Sequence record: OM728297.1
Direction: 5' to 3' (one strand)
DNA: 64,000 nucleotides
The notes beneath the pieces were generated by a model. The model did no database searches, was not told where the DNA came from, and saw nothing but the letters and a program-made list of their open reading frames with translations. Position numbers and translations under genes: made by a program. Positions 17,880-27,282 of this stretch are shown one piece after another; position 1 is the stretch's first letter; each line of letters starts with the position of its first letter.

Positions 17880-18689
17880 ATGCAAAAAATTGAGAATGAA
17901 CTAAATAATCTTTTATATGAGTCTATAGAAATACAAAATCTAATCAATGAAATATATTATATTGAAAGAAGTTTAATTTTATCTGAATATAATGATATTT
18001 CTAATAATACAGCTATATTAAATGAAAATTTAACTGATAGTATATTAAGAGTTTTACAAAAAATAAAATTACTCATTAATAAAATTATTATTTGGTTTAA
18101 AGATATATTTAGCAAGGTAATAACAAAAATTAAGAATGATACTCCCAACTATAATTTAAATAGTAAAAAAAGAGTAATATCAGAAATTGATATTATACTA
18201 AGTATTAATAATTTACTTAGAACTTATGAAGATGTAAGTGTTGATTTGAGTTCAATCAACCTTTTATTGTCGGCTAGTATTAATAATACTAAGCTAAATA
18301 ATGCTAATATACCAAATATGAAAAAGACAATTAATAATAAGAAAAAATCAATTAAAGATTCTTGTGAAAATATTGTAGTTAAAAGAACAAATTTAACATA
18401 TATAGCTAGCGATATTAATGCTATTATAAAAAATAAAAATATTTTAGTAAATTATTTAAATAAAAAATGTAATAAACAGATTCAAAATCAAATTATAGTT
18501 ATGAAAGAATATTATCATACTTTGACTAGGATGAATAATTCTGGCATTGATCAAGGTAAATTATATATAACTATAAATTCTCTTGCAGAATTTATTAGCA
18601 TTTCAATAAGTTCATACTCTCAACTGCTTACAGCAGGTATTTCTATTCTCTCTGAAAGTACAAAAGTGTTAGAACAATTTACAGAATAA
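17880..18689 (+). CDS. Putative virion head protein
   Basis: Late promoter at 17829..17840; L-x-E sites in the N-terminus. Confidence 0.55.
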   Translation: MQKIENELNNLLYESIEIQNLINEIYYIERSLILSEYNDISNNTAILNENLTDSILRVLQKIKLLINKIIIWFKDIFSKVITKIKNDTPNYNLNSKKRVISEIDIILSINNLLRTYEDVSVDLSSINLLLSASINNTKLNNANIPNMKKTINNKKKSIKDSCENIVVKRTNLTYIASDINAIIKNKNILVNYLNKKCNKQIQNQIIVMKEYYHTLTRMNNSGIDQGKLYITINSLAEFISISISSYSQLLTAGISILSESTKVLEQFTE

Positions 18690-18707
18690 TAGAGAGGTAG
18701 ATTTATA

Positions 18708-18923
18708 ATGCGTGGTAGAAGTAGATATTATAAACATTCAATCATGTCCAATGCGACATTCGGAGAGTTAACTATCAGAAATAAAGATATGGAATTAATT
18801 ATTCCACAAAAATATATTACTTTAGAAGGTAAGATATATCAGAATATTCAGAAACTTATTGATAAAGGTAATATAGTTGAGTTAAAAGAAAGAGGAATTA
18901 AAATAAATAATCTAATGTCATAA
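18708..18923 (+). CDS. Hypothetical protein
   Basis: ORF track; GAGGT RBS. Confidence 0.65.
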   Translation: MRGRSRYYKHSIMSNATFGELTIRNKDMELIIPQKYITLEGKIYQNIQKLIDKGNIVELKERGIKINNLMS

Positions 18924-18950
18924 GAGACATTAGATTATTTTATTATTCTG

Positions 18951-19280
18951 TCAAGAAACTTTCTGTTCTACTTTAAAATGAAATAGTGTATTTACATAAT
19001 CATTTGTTTCTGGATTTTGAGAGATAACAAAGACCTTATCCTCATCTTTATCTTCACATACAATATCACTAGTATTACAAATATCCAGATTTGAAATTGC
19101 ATTAATGATTAACTTTTTATATTTTTCATCCTTCATTCTTACAATAAAACGACAAGATGGTTTATCTCTAAATTCTTTATATTTTTCTCTTAATACTTTT
19201 AACATCTCTAGATAAATGTAATCTTCCATAATTTCATTATTATCCATGAATGAACCTTCAACTAATTTAATAATTTCCAT
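18951..19280 (-). CDS. Hypothetical protein
   Basis: Start revised to ATG 19280 after GAGGGG. Confidence 0.65.
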   Translation of the reverse strand: MEIIKLVEGSFMDNNEIMEDYIYLEMLKVLREKYKEFRDKPSCRFIVRMKDEKYKKLIINAISNLDICNTSDIVCEDKDEDKVFVISQNPETNDYVNTLFHFKVEQKVS

Positions 19281-19378
19281 TTTTATGCACCCCTCTAGAT
19301 ATTGGATTAATCTAACTAAATGTTGATTATTCACATAAAAAAATCAAAAATTCCAGAACCGTATTAAAATTTTAGATG

Positions 19379-19391
19379 AAATATATATTAT
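19379..19391 (+). promoter_or_regulatory. Early promoter AAATATATATTAT
   Basis: Exact motif. Confidence 0.8.
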
Positions 19392-19434
19392 TAAAGTGAA
19401 GAGGATGTTATATTTATTAAAGGAGAGGTAAATT

Positions 19435-20358
19435 ATGATTTGTGAGAAAGAAAGAGAGATCACAGTAGAAGAGAGAATTAGGAATGTAAGAAAATTAAAT
19501 GTTAGTAGAGAAGTATTGGAAGAGATGGTAAAGAGACACTATAGAAAAGTTCCTGTAGATTTAATTCTAAAGAATACATTTATGGTTCCATTATACACTG
19601 AAGCTTTACCAAAATGTATTATATATCGAAAAGACAGATATCCTAAAAATCGTTATGTTGGTCTTAAAGAGACTATTAAGAAACAACATTTTCAGATGTA
19701 TCATATTATATCGAATATTAAAGAAGAAGAAAGAACTGTCGCTGAACAACAATTTTTGAATTATATAGATAGTAAGGACTTCTATAGTCTTCAGATGAAA
19801 CTTCTCACCATATTTATTTCCACATCAGCAATGACTAATCCAAATACTAACTATCTCCAAAACTTCAGTAATAGCGTACTTAAAGTAATAAATAAGATTA
19901 AGAATGAAAGAAAAATTGAATTTATTGGACAAGCAGAAACAAAATTTAATTTTTATTTCTCTGATCATTTTCAATTTGATAGAATGATACATCGTGGTAT
20001 TCCCTATCATAATCTAGAAATGGCATTAACGCCAATCGTTCAGTTTGAAAACTATAATAAATTTAAGAAAGGGACAGTGATAGCATCACAACTAAACTTA
20101 GGTGATACTGAAATTAGTCCTATTATCCTAGTAGGCGTTACTAAGAATGAAGATAAAGAAATTGAATTTACAATTATTACAGTACTTTATAATCAAGATA
20201 AAAATTATGTAATAAAGGATTGTGATGATTTTATATGTAGATATTATCATGAAGAACAGAAAAGATATAGAAGTATTAATTATAAAAGTAATAAGAAAGT
20301 ATTTAGAAAATATTTCCCTACTATTAAGGTAGTAGACGAGGAGGAAGGCATTTATTAA
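19435..20358 (+). CDS. Early hypothetical protein
   Basis: ORF track; AGGAGAGG RBS; terminator at 20345..20374. Confidence 0.8.
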   Translation: MICEKEREITVEERIRNVRKLNVSREVLEEMVKRHYRKVPVDLILKNTFMVPLYTEALPKCIIYRKDRYPKNRYVGLKETIKKQHFQMYHIISNIKEEERTVAEQQFLNYIDSKDFYSLQMKLLTIFISTSAMTNPNTNYLQNFSNSVLKVINKIKNERKIEFIGQAETKFNFYFSDHFQFDRMIHRGIPYHNLEMALTPIVQFENYNKFKKGTVIASQLNLGDTEISPIILVGVTKNEDKEIEFTIITVLYNQDKNYVIKDCDDFICRYYHEEQKRYRSINYKSNKKVFRKYFPTIKVVDEEEGIY

Positions 20359-20386
20359 TGCCTTTCTTTTTTTTATTGAAAAAATT

Positions 20387-20399
20387 AAATATATATTAT
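20387..20399 (+). promoter_or_regulatory. Early promoter heading the 20.4-28.1 kb accessory block
   Basis: Exact AAATATATATTAT. Confidence 0.8.
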
Positions 20400-20432
20400 A
20401 AAAAAGAATAAAATTATTAAGGGGGAAGTATA

Positions 20433-20783
20433 ATGGAAATTGTTGTAAAATCATTAACTGTTTCTTCAGAAGTACATGAAGTGGAAAAATTATTTAGACT
20501 CTACGATAATGGGTATAAAAATGTTCTTTATGGTAATTATCAAAATGATGTGTGTTTGCTATCTAAAGGTGTTATTCCAAAAGATATAATTAAAAATATT
20601 AATGATAATATACTAGAAGAAATTTATTTGGAATTACTTTGGTTGAGTAAATCTCCTGTTTTTATAATTAATAAACTTAGATATACAGAAGTTTTAAGTT
20701 ATGATGATGATGGCAATTTAATCGTAAAAGCTAAAAATGATAATTTAAAAGATATTAAATTTTATGTAGAAAAAGGTGAATAA
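20433..20783 (+). CDS. Hypothetical protein, tandem paralog A
   Basis: Aligns end-to-end with 20785..21144. Confidence 0.8.
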   Translation: MEIVVKSLTVSSEVHEVEKLFRLYDNGYKNVLYGNYQNDVCLLSKGVIPKDIIKNINDNILEEIYLELLWLSKSPVFIINKLRYTEVLSYDDDGNLIVKAKNDNLKDIKFYVEKGE

Positions 20784-20784
20784 A

Positions 20785-21144
20785 ATGGAAATCATTGTAA
20801 AAGCATTAACTGCTGTAGCCGAAGTAACAGAATTAGAAACTCTATATGATCATTTTAAGAATGGTTATACTCATATTCTTGCATCTAATTATCAAGATGA
20901 CTTATGTTTAGTAGCTAGAGGTAATATTGAAGGAGATATAATTGAAGAATTAAAAAATGAATTGTCTGAAGAGGCATTTGAAGAATTGATGTGGATTAGT
21001 AAAGAATTTAATTTAGTTGATAGATTTAAAGATGAATTATATCATATTGAAGTATTATATAATGAAGATGATTGTCTGATTGCTAGAGCTAAAGATAATA
21101 ATTATCTAAAAGATATTAAATTTCATGTGGAGAAAGGAGATTAA
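20785..21144 (+). CDS. Hypothetical protein, tandem paralog B
   Basis: MEIIVKALT...LKDIKFHVEKGD versus MEIVVKSLT...LKDIKFYVEKGE. Confidence 0.8.
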   Translation: MEIIVKALTAVAEVTELETLYDHFKNGYTHILASNYQDDLCLVARGNIEGDIIEELKNELSEEAFEELMWISKEFNLVDRFKDELYHIEVLYNEDDCLIARAKDNNYLKDIKFHVEKGD

Positions 21145-21157
21145 AACAGGAGAGCAT

Positions 21158-21448
21158 ATGTTTAAGTGGCTTAAGAAAATTTTAAATAAAACTAAAAAGA
21201 TTAAATGCGACCATCATGGAATTGAAATGGGATCAAAAGGACGTATTGTTGATCCAATACATTATTTTAAATGTAATAAATGTGGCTTATATTGTGATAA
21301 TAATATTATGAAAAGTAGAAAAAATAAAAATAATTATATAGAATTAATGGATCTCTACTTTAATAATCAATTAGCAGTTAGAGATAAAGATTTTAATAAT
21401 GGCGAATTAAGTTATTTTGAGGATTATTTTAATAGTTTTAGATTGTAA
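21158..21448 (+). CDS. Small Zn-binding hypothetical protein
   Basis: CxH and CxxC motifs; AGGAG RBS. Confidence 0.65.
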   Translation: MFKWLKKILNKTKKIKCDHHGIEMGSKGRIVDPIHYFKCNKCGLYCDNNIMKSRKNKNNYIELMDLYFNNQLAVRDKDFNNGELSYFEDYFNSFRL

Positions 21449-21507
21449 GAGAATAATTAATTATTCTCTTAATATCATCATGAATATACATAAAAGGAGT
21501 AATAAAA

Positions 21508-21660
21508 ATGGATATCTATGAATCATTTTGTTTTTCACTATTAGGATTTGGTTTAGCGATTGCAGTCGTATGTGTAACATTAAGTGTTATTTTAGTATTA
21601 AATACCAATATTCTTATTAAAAGACAAATTGAAAAGTTGGAGGATAAAATAAATGACTAA
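21508..21660 (+). CDS. Small membrane protein, 50 aa
   Basis: Manual translation MDIYESFCFSLLGFGLAIAVVCVTLSVILVL...; AAGGAG RBS. Confidence 0.65.
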   Translation: MDIYESFCFSLLGFGLAIAVVCVTLSVILVLNTNILIKRQIEKLEDKIND

Positions 21661-22117
21661 AATTATCTCAGGTTTTCCAGGAATTGGCAAGAGTACTCTC
21701 TATAATAATACTGATTTAAAAGTTTTAGACTCTGATAGTAGTAATTTTTCATGGTCAAGTCCGGGAGTACGCAATAAGGATTTTCCACAAAATTATATCG
21801 ATCATATTAAAGAAAATATGGGTAAAGTGGATATTATTCTTGTATCTTCACATGATGTCGTAAGAGAAGCGCTTAATGATAATAATATTGATTATTATAT
21901 TGTATACCCTGATATCAAATTAAAAGATGAATATCTTAGACGTTATAAAGAAAGAGGAAATGATGATAAGTTTTTATCTTTCATAGAGAAAAATTGGGAA
22001 TCTTTTATTAATGCAATTGAAAATGAAAATAAAGCAACTTTGATTAAATTGCATTCTAATGAATACTTATCTGATATTATTAAATTATTTAAAAATATTG
22101 AAGGGATGGGGTTGTGA
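21653..22117 (+). CDS. P-loop NTPase/nucleotide kinase-like protein
   Basis: ISGFPGIGKS Walker A; VLDSD. Confidence 0.75.
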   Translation: MTKIISGFPGIGKSTLYNNTDLKVLDSDSSNFSWSSPGVRNKDFPQNYIDHIKENMGKVDIILVSSHDVVREALNDNNIDYYIVYPDIKLKDEYLRRYKERGNDDKFLSFIEKNWESFINAIENENKATLIKLHSNEYLSDIIKLFKNIEGMGL

Positions 22118-22118
22118 A

Positions 22119-22391
22119 ATGAAAAGAGATTATAAAGTAACAATCAGACATTATACTAAAGGGAGTATTTCAGCATGTGACGTTGCAAATATAATAAAAG
22201 AAGAACGACATAATTTATTAGGTGGTAGTGATAGATATATTGATAGTGATGGAATGATTAAAGAAGAAGATTATCGTAGTAATAGTGTTGATGTTATTCG
22301 AAAAGCAACTGATGAAGAAATTAAGTATTATGAAGCTTTATATGAAGCAGAAGAATATTTTAATAAATTACATTATAGTGAGGAGAAATAA
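22119..22391 (+). CDS. Hypothetical protein
   Basis: Start revised to ATG 22119. Confidence 0.65.
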   Translation: MKRDYKVTIRHYTKGSISACDVANIIKEERHNLLGGSDRYIDSDGMIKEEDYRSNSVDVIRKATDEEIKYYEALYEAEEYFNKLHYSEEK

Positions 22392-22392
22392 A

Positions 22393-23484
22393 ATGAAGAA
22401 AAAAATAATTAACACACTAGAAATGTATGGCTATAAAAACATAAAATGGGATAAAAACAATGGATATACTTTTGATGGCAATTATAGATTTGCTGAACTA
22501 GCACATGATATTAATAAAGGATTTTACATTAATACTACATCTGGTCATATTAATATCAATGAGTCAGAAGAGTATATTGAACAACTTAAAAAAGTAGCAC
22601 TTTTTGCAAAGACACTAAATGAAATGGATAAAATAGAATTAGATCCAAATTATTGTTTATTGATTGATTCACATTTTGATGATCCACATGTAGCATTTTT
22701 AACAGGAGCAATATTATTTAAACCAAATGTTGTTGATATTAATAAAACATTCAGAGATGCATGGACAGCTATTGGTTCTTCATTTGCTAGTCCTGAAGAT
22801 CAATATGAAATATTAAGAAATAGAAAGAATACAATTGATGACATGATGGAATTAGCTGGGTGCAGGGATGAAGAGGATAAGAAATACTTTTTAGAACATC
22901 ATCCGAATGGTTATGGAACATTAGATGAAATTTCTAATGAAGTTTTATTTGTAGATAAAGTAATCACTATATCTTATCAACCATATGATGAACAAATTTT
23001 AAAAGATCGATTTTCATATAATATTATAAATGGAAAAAATGTAGATGACTATGTAAGAGAAATTAAAGTTCATCCTTCTAATGATATGGAGGGAAAAAAT
23101 ATGACTTTGATTTTATTATATGATGATTTGAATGATGGTGCTGTTTATCATGCTTGGTTGACTGCAACAAAAGATGAAATGTATACGCATATTGATAAAA
23201 TGTTTCATCATTTCTTGGAAAGACATAAAAGTAGTTATTCATACACTATTAGCAGTATATCAAATATTAAATTTTCTGATAAAAAGATAAATGAAATAAA
23301 ATCTATGTTCCTAGAAGGAATTCAAGATAAAATTATTAGAGAAACTATTCATCAATTTAAAGATCATTTGGAATTTAATGAAGATACTTACCAGAAGATT
23401 GATAATTTATTCATTTATGACAGAGATGGTGGTTATTCAAATATGGCTGAAGTATTCACCAATGAAAGTAGTGATAAATTATGA
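22393..23484 (+). CDS. Multidomain hypothetical protein
   Basis: Start revised to ATG 22393 (GAGGAG RBS); N-terminal domain resembles 45440..45796. Confidence 0.75.
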   Translation: MKKKIINTLEMYGYKNIKWDKNNGYTFDGNYRFAELAHDINKGFYINTTSGHININESEEYIEQLKKVALFAKTLNEMDKIELDPNYCLLIDSHFDDPHVAFLTGAILFKPNVVDINKTFRDAWTAIGSSFASPEDQYEILRNRKNTIDDMMELAGCRDEEDKKYFLEHHPNGYGTLDEISNEVLFVDKVITISYQPYDEQILKDRFSYNIINGKNVDDYVREIKVHPSNDMEGKNMTLILLYDDLNDGAVYHAWLTATKDEMYTHIDKMFHHFLERHKSSYSYTISSISNIKFSDKKINEIKSMFLEGIQDKIIRETIHQFKDHLEFNEDTYQKIDNLFIYDRDGGYSNMAEVFTNESSDKL

Positions 23485-24014
23485 GTAAATGGACAAAAAA
23501 AGTAGATGTATTTAATGATGCAGAATTTATTTTGGGAAAACCTTATAAAATTATTTTAAGTAATGATGATAAAGAGATTGTCTATGGATTATTGTCTGAT
23601 ATAAGTGACTATTCATTACAATTTATTATTTATGATAGTGATACAGGATATAAGAGAATCTCATTTAATATTCATGAGTTTTTAAATAATGATTTTATGA
23701 TTGTTGAGTTAGATGACGATAATGAATTGGAATTATATTCAGGGCAAATTTATCAGATGATTTATGATACAGAAATTGCTGGTTGTAGGGTATCAAGTGG
23801 TGCATTTATTAAAATTGATTCAATTACAGAATATCCCAATCGTAAAATATATAATATTACTATTAAGAATAAAGGTTATGTAAAAGAATTTAAACTTGCT
23901 AAAAATCACCTTCAAAAAATTAATACAAATTCAATGAAAGTTGAAATGAGTGAAGATGAATGGAATGATTTAATTGATTATTCAACTAATAAAGATGAGG
24001 GAGTTGTAGAATAA
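23481..24014 (+). CDS. Hypothetical protein, paralog of 24139..24636
   Basis: Shared WTKKV-DVFN...G..YKI and G..I.IDSI motifs. Confidence 0.75.
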   Translation: MSKWTKKVDVFNDAEFILGKPYKIILSNDDKEIVYGLLSDISDYSLQFIIYDSDTGYKRISFNIHEFLNNDFMIVELDDDNELELYSGQIYQMIYDTEIAGCRVSSGAFIKIDSITEYPNRKIYNITIKNKGYVKEFKLAKNHLQKINTNSMKVEMSEDEWNDLIDYSTNKDEGVVE

Positions 24015-24142
24015 TGAAATGTCCTGATTGTGAAGGTACAGGATATGATACTTGGTTTGTTGGAGATAAAAAGATACAAGATCATAATACCCCATGTATT
24101 AATTGTAATGGATATGGTAAAATTAAGGAGGATAATAAATGA
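24014..24142 (+). CDS. 42-aa DnaJ-type CxxCxGxG zinc-finger peptide
   Basis: MKCPDCEGTG...PCINCNGYG; GAGGGAG RBS; absent from the ORF track. Confidence 0.7.
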   Translation: MKCPDCEGTGYDTWFVGDKKIQDHNTPCINCNGYGKIKEDNK

Positions 24143-24636
24143 GTGTTCAGTGGACTAAAAAAGTAGAAATAGATGTATTTAATGAACAAAAATTTAATAT
24201 TGGTAATGCTTATAAAATTTTATCAGGTAATTCCGTCTATACTGGTTTATTGAAAAAAGTTACTGATGATCAATTAGATTTTATAACTTTAGATGAAGAT
24301 ATTTTTGTTAGTATTAATGATATATTAGATGTTAATGTGAGGATTATTGAAATGAACACAATTAATAAACCAGATTATAAACCGGGACAAGTTTTTAAAT
24401 TAATTGATGGTAAAACAATCATTGGGGAAAGAGTCTTTAGTGGTTCACTAATAAGAATTGATTCCATATTATTAGGTTCTGAAGGTATAGACTATTATAA
24501 TATTGTTATTAAGCGTAAAGGTCAAATAACGAGAGAAGTAAGTATAACTAAAGATAATTTTATAGAAATTATTGATAAAAATTCAGAGCAAATAAGGATG
24601 ACATTAAATGAATGGCAAAACATACAATTTGATTGA
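24139..24636 (+). CDS. Hypothetical protein, paralog of 23481..24014
   Basis: See paralog. Confidence 0.75.
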   Translation: MSVQWTKKVEIDVFNEQKFNIGNAYKILSGNSVYTGLLKKVTDDQLDFITLDEDIFVSINDILDVNVRIIEMNTINKPDYKPGQVFKLIDGKTIIGERVFSGSLIRIDSILLGSEGIDYYNIVIKRKGQITREVSITKDNFIEIIDKNSEQIRMTLNEWQNIQFD

Positions 24637-24913
24637 TTATTTAGATATAGATAAAAGACTATTAGTATGGCAAGAATATGGAAAAATTATTCGTAAATTA
24701 ATAGACTTAGATAAATTAGATAAAGATACTGATACTATAGATATTATCTTTCCAGATACCTTATCTATGGTATCTCCTTCATTCTTTCTAGGAATGTTCG
24801 AAGATAGTTTTATACTATTGGGGAAAGAAAAATTTTTAAAAAAATATAATATAGTTTGTACTTTGTTTATAAAAGAATCATTATATAGTGCTATTAATAG
24901 AGTTATCAAATAG
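24608..24913 (+). CDS. STAS-like (DUF4325-type) protein
   Basis: IIFPDTLSMVSPSFFLGMF pattern. Confidence 0.6.
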   Translation: MNGKTYNLIDYLDIDKRLLVWQEYGKIIRKLIDLDKLDKDTDTIDIIFPDTLSMVSPSFFLGMFEDSFILLGKEKFLKKYNIVCTLFIKESLYSAINRVIK

Positions 24914-24923
24914 GAGTGTTAAA

Positions 24924-25097
24924 ATGGTTAATATCATAGTACTACTAATTGTTTTATTTTTAATATTTATTGCAACTTTCGTCTATCAAGAATTTGCAAA
25001 TACAGGATATGCAATGAGTGATTTTCTAACTGCTGTACAAATTATTTCTGGAGGATTAATGTTTTGTATTCTTGCTAAGTTAATATTTGAAATGTAA
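24924..25097 (+). CDS. Small two-TM membrane protein
   Basis: AGGAGTG RBS; hydrophobic. Confidence 0.65.
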   Translation: MVNIIVLLIVLFLIFIATFVYQEFANTGYAMSDFLTAVQIISGGLMFCILAKLIFEM

Positions 25098-25175
25098 ATT
25101 TATTGTTTAAAAATTGATTTTTTCTATAACTAAAATAGAGATTTAGTAACAATTTATCAGAGGAGGAATGTGTAA

Positions 25176-25328
25176 TTGAAAGTAATGATTGGTTCAACAA
25201 TGATAGTAATTGCAATCTTATTTCTCTTGTGGTTAGCAATCAGTCCATTATTTGAGAAAATAGGTAGAAGTACCAGAAAAGTAAAAAATAATATTTTTAA
25301 GGGTGATGAGAATGACAGTGAGAAATAA
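25176..25328 (+). CDS. Small membrane protein upstream of the SPFH gene, 50 aa
   Basis: Manual translation; GAGGAGG RBS with TTG start. Confidence 0.65.
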   Translation: MKVMIGSTMIVIAILFLLWLAISPLFEKIGRSTRKVKNNIFKGDENDSEK

Positions 25329-26118
25329 GATTATTGGTGGTATTGTTGCAGGAGTAGTATTAATTGCTGGTTTAATTATCTCTATCTTTATGGTTGAGAA
25401 AATTCCAAATGGATATGTTGGTGTAGTTTATTCTCCTAATGGTGGAGTAAAAGAGACTACACTTGATCAAGGTTGGCATTGGATCAAGCCTTTTGATAAA
25501 GTTACAGAATATCCAGTTCGCATGCAAACAGTAAATAATAAAGACATCAAAGTAGCAACATCTGATGGTAAAAACATTGAAATGGATATTGCTTATAACT
25601 ATGTTGTACAACCAGATAAAGTAGTAGATGTATTCAATAAGTTTGGCTCAGTTAAAGTTGAACAAATTGAGAATTCATATCTTAAATCACGTTTATGGGA
25701 TGCCTCTCGTAAAGTGATCTCTAAATATTCAGTAATTGATACTTATGGTCAAAAATCTTCAGAAGCGGCTAGTGAAATTCAAAAAACATTTGCTGAAGAT
25801 ATGAAGAAATATGGTTTTATTATTGATGATCTTACTTTAGGTGTGCCAAAGCCAGATAAAGCTACTCAAGATGCAATTGATGCTAGAGTTAAATCTTCTC
25901 AGGAATTAGAACGTTCTCAAACTGAAATCAAGATTGCTAAAGCAGATGCTGAGAGGAAGAAAATTGAAGCTCAAGGTGTTGCAGATGCCAATGAGATCAT
26001 TAGGAAGTCTATGTCTAAAGAAATTATTATGAATAAATGGATTGAAAAGTGGGATGGTAAAATGCCAAAAGCAACTGGTACTAACTCACTTCTTCAACTT
26101 CCTTTAGAAGACAAATAA
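25312..26118 (+). CDS. SPFH/prohibitin-family membrane protein
   Basis: N-terminal TM; GYVGVV, TSDGKNI, C-terminal coiled coil, KWDGKMP. Confidence 0.88.
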   Translation: MTVRNKIIGGIVAGVVLIAGLIISIFMVEKIPNGYVGVVYSPNGGVKETTLDQGWHWIKPFDKVTEYPVRMQTVNNKDIKVATSDGKNIEMDIAYNYVVQPDKVVDVFNKFGSVKVEQIENSYLKSRLWDASRKVISKYSVIDTYGQKSSEAASEIQKTFAEDMKKYGFIIDDLTLGVPKPDKATQDAIDARVKSSQELERSQTEIKIAKADAERKKIEAQGVADANEIIRKSMSKEIIMNKWIEKWDGKMPKATGTNSLLQLPLEDK

Positions 26119-26185
26119 CTTTAAAATAGGAATTAGAGTCTAGTTGACTCTAATTCCTATTATTAATTTACATAGGAGGATTTTA

Positions 26186-26410
26186 ATGACTGATATTTAC
26201 TATAAGCTGTTATATTATATTAGCGAGAATGGTAAACCAAAAGTAACAGTAGCAACATTACAGTGGTTTGATGAACTTGACGATAATGATAAGTATCTAA
26301 AAGATGAAGATGGAGATGACCTACTGTTTTACAATGAAGAAGAAGCTGTTCAATGGTTATTGGATAATTTTCAAGAAAATGAAATTGATTCAGAATATCT
26401 GAATAAGTAA
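26186..26410 (+). CDS. Acidic hypothetical protein
   Basis: AGGAGG RBS before ATG 26186. Confidence 0.65.
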   Translation: MTDIYYKLLYYISENGKPKVTVATLQWFDELDDNDKYLKDEDGDDLLFYNEEEAVQWLLDNFQENEIDSEYLNK

Positions 26411-26421
26411 AGGAAAATAAT

Positions 26422-26730
26422 ATGAATCAAAAAATATTACCAGTAAGAATCGTCTTTACACCTATGTCTAAATGTCCTTATTGTAATGATAAAATAATTA
26501 ATCATAATTATCATCTATGTCATATAAATTACAATAATATTAAAGGTACTATGAATATAAGAACTAATGAACAAGGAGAAGAAAACTTATGTTTAAATTA
26601 TTCTCAAAGAAAAATAAACCTAAATTCTGTAAAGAATGTGGTAAGGAATTTATTAGTGAACATTGGGCAGTCTGTCAAAATTGTCTTAAGAAAAGAAACT
26701 GGTGGTCTTAAAAGTAAAGGGAGGAATTAA
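26422..26730 (+). CDS. Hypothetical protein (CPYC) whose 3' half overlaps another gene
   Basis: ORF track; AAGGA RBS. Confidence 0.5.
   Translation: MNQKILPVRIVFTPMSKCPYCNDKIINHNYHLCHINYNNIKGTMNIRTNEQGEENLCLNYSQRKINLNSVKNVVRNLLVNIGQSVKIVLRKETGGLKSKGRN
26589..26711 (+). CDS. 40-aa CxxC...CxxC zinc-ribbon peptide nested in 26422..26730
   Basis: MFKLFSKKNKPKFCKECGKEFISEHWAVCQNCLKKRNWWS; AAGGAG RBS. Confidence 0.65.
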   Translation: MFKLFSKKNKPKFCKECGKEFISEHWAVCQNCLKKRNWWS

Positions 26731-26732
26731 TT

Positions 26733-26882
26733 ATGAAAACAAAAATTACTGCTGAGGAATTAAAAAAATCACTTAATATAACTAAAGAAGCAAGAATTGA
26801 GTCTATAAATACAGAGAAAATATCATCTAAAGATGAAATGATGTTATTTTTAGAAAAAGCAAATTATTTACCTTTAAGATAA
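26733..26882 (+). CDS. 49-aa protein sharing its N-terminus with 26912..27280
   Basis: GGGAGG RBS; MKTKITAEEL. Confidence 0.6.
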   Translation: MKTKITAEELKKSLNITKEARIESINTEKISSKDEMMLFLEKANYLPLR

Positions 26883-26911
26883 TATAAATTAGTAATAAGG
26901 GGGATATTATT

Positions 26912-27280
26912 ATGAAAACAACAATTACTGCTGAGGAATTAGTACAAGCATATAAGAAGACCGGTATTAAACCAATAAATAAAGTATATGTAAATCCAGT
27001 GATTAACTGTGGATGTGCTTTATCAGTTCTGTCCATTAATAATAGTAATGGTAATTTGTCATTAAGTAAAATTAATGCTATTAGAGATACTGAGGAATTG
27101 GAGAAAATCTTTAGCGATAAAATTGGTCTTGATCCAAGTTATAATATTGACGCCTTCATGGATGGTTTTGATTGTATTATGAGTGGAAAAATGGATACTA
27201 AAGAATGGAATGAAGGCTATAAATGTGCAAATATAGTTAAAGAAGAATTTTCAATCAATGATTTAAGTCAGGGAGTTTAA
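26912..27280 (+). CDS. Hypothetical protein
   Basis: ORF track. Confidence 0.7.
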   Translation: MKTTITAEELVQAYKKTGIKPINKVYVNPVINCGCALSVLSINNSNGNLSLSKINAIRDTEELEKIFSDKIGLDPSYNIDAFMDGFDCIMSGKMDTKEWNEGYKCANIVKEEFSINDLSQGV

Positions 27281-27282
27281 TT

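Noticed and set aside
21653-22117. P-loop protein as the phage dUMP kinase
   Set aside because: Only a Walker A motif supports it, and similar small P-loop proteins are common in T-DNA phages; left as a generic kinase-like call.
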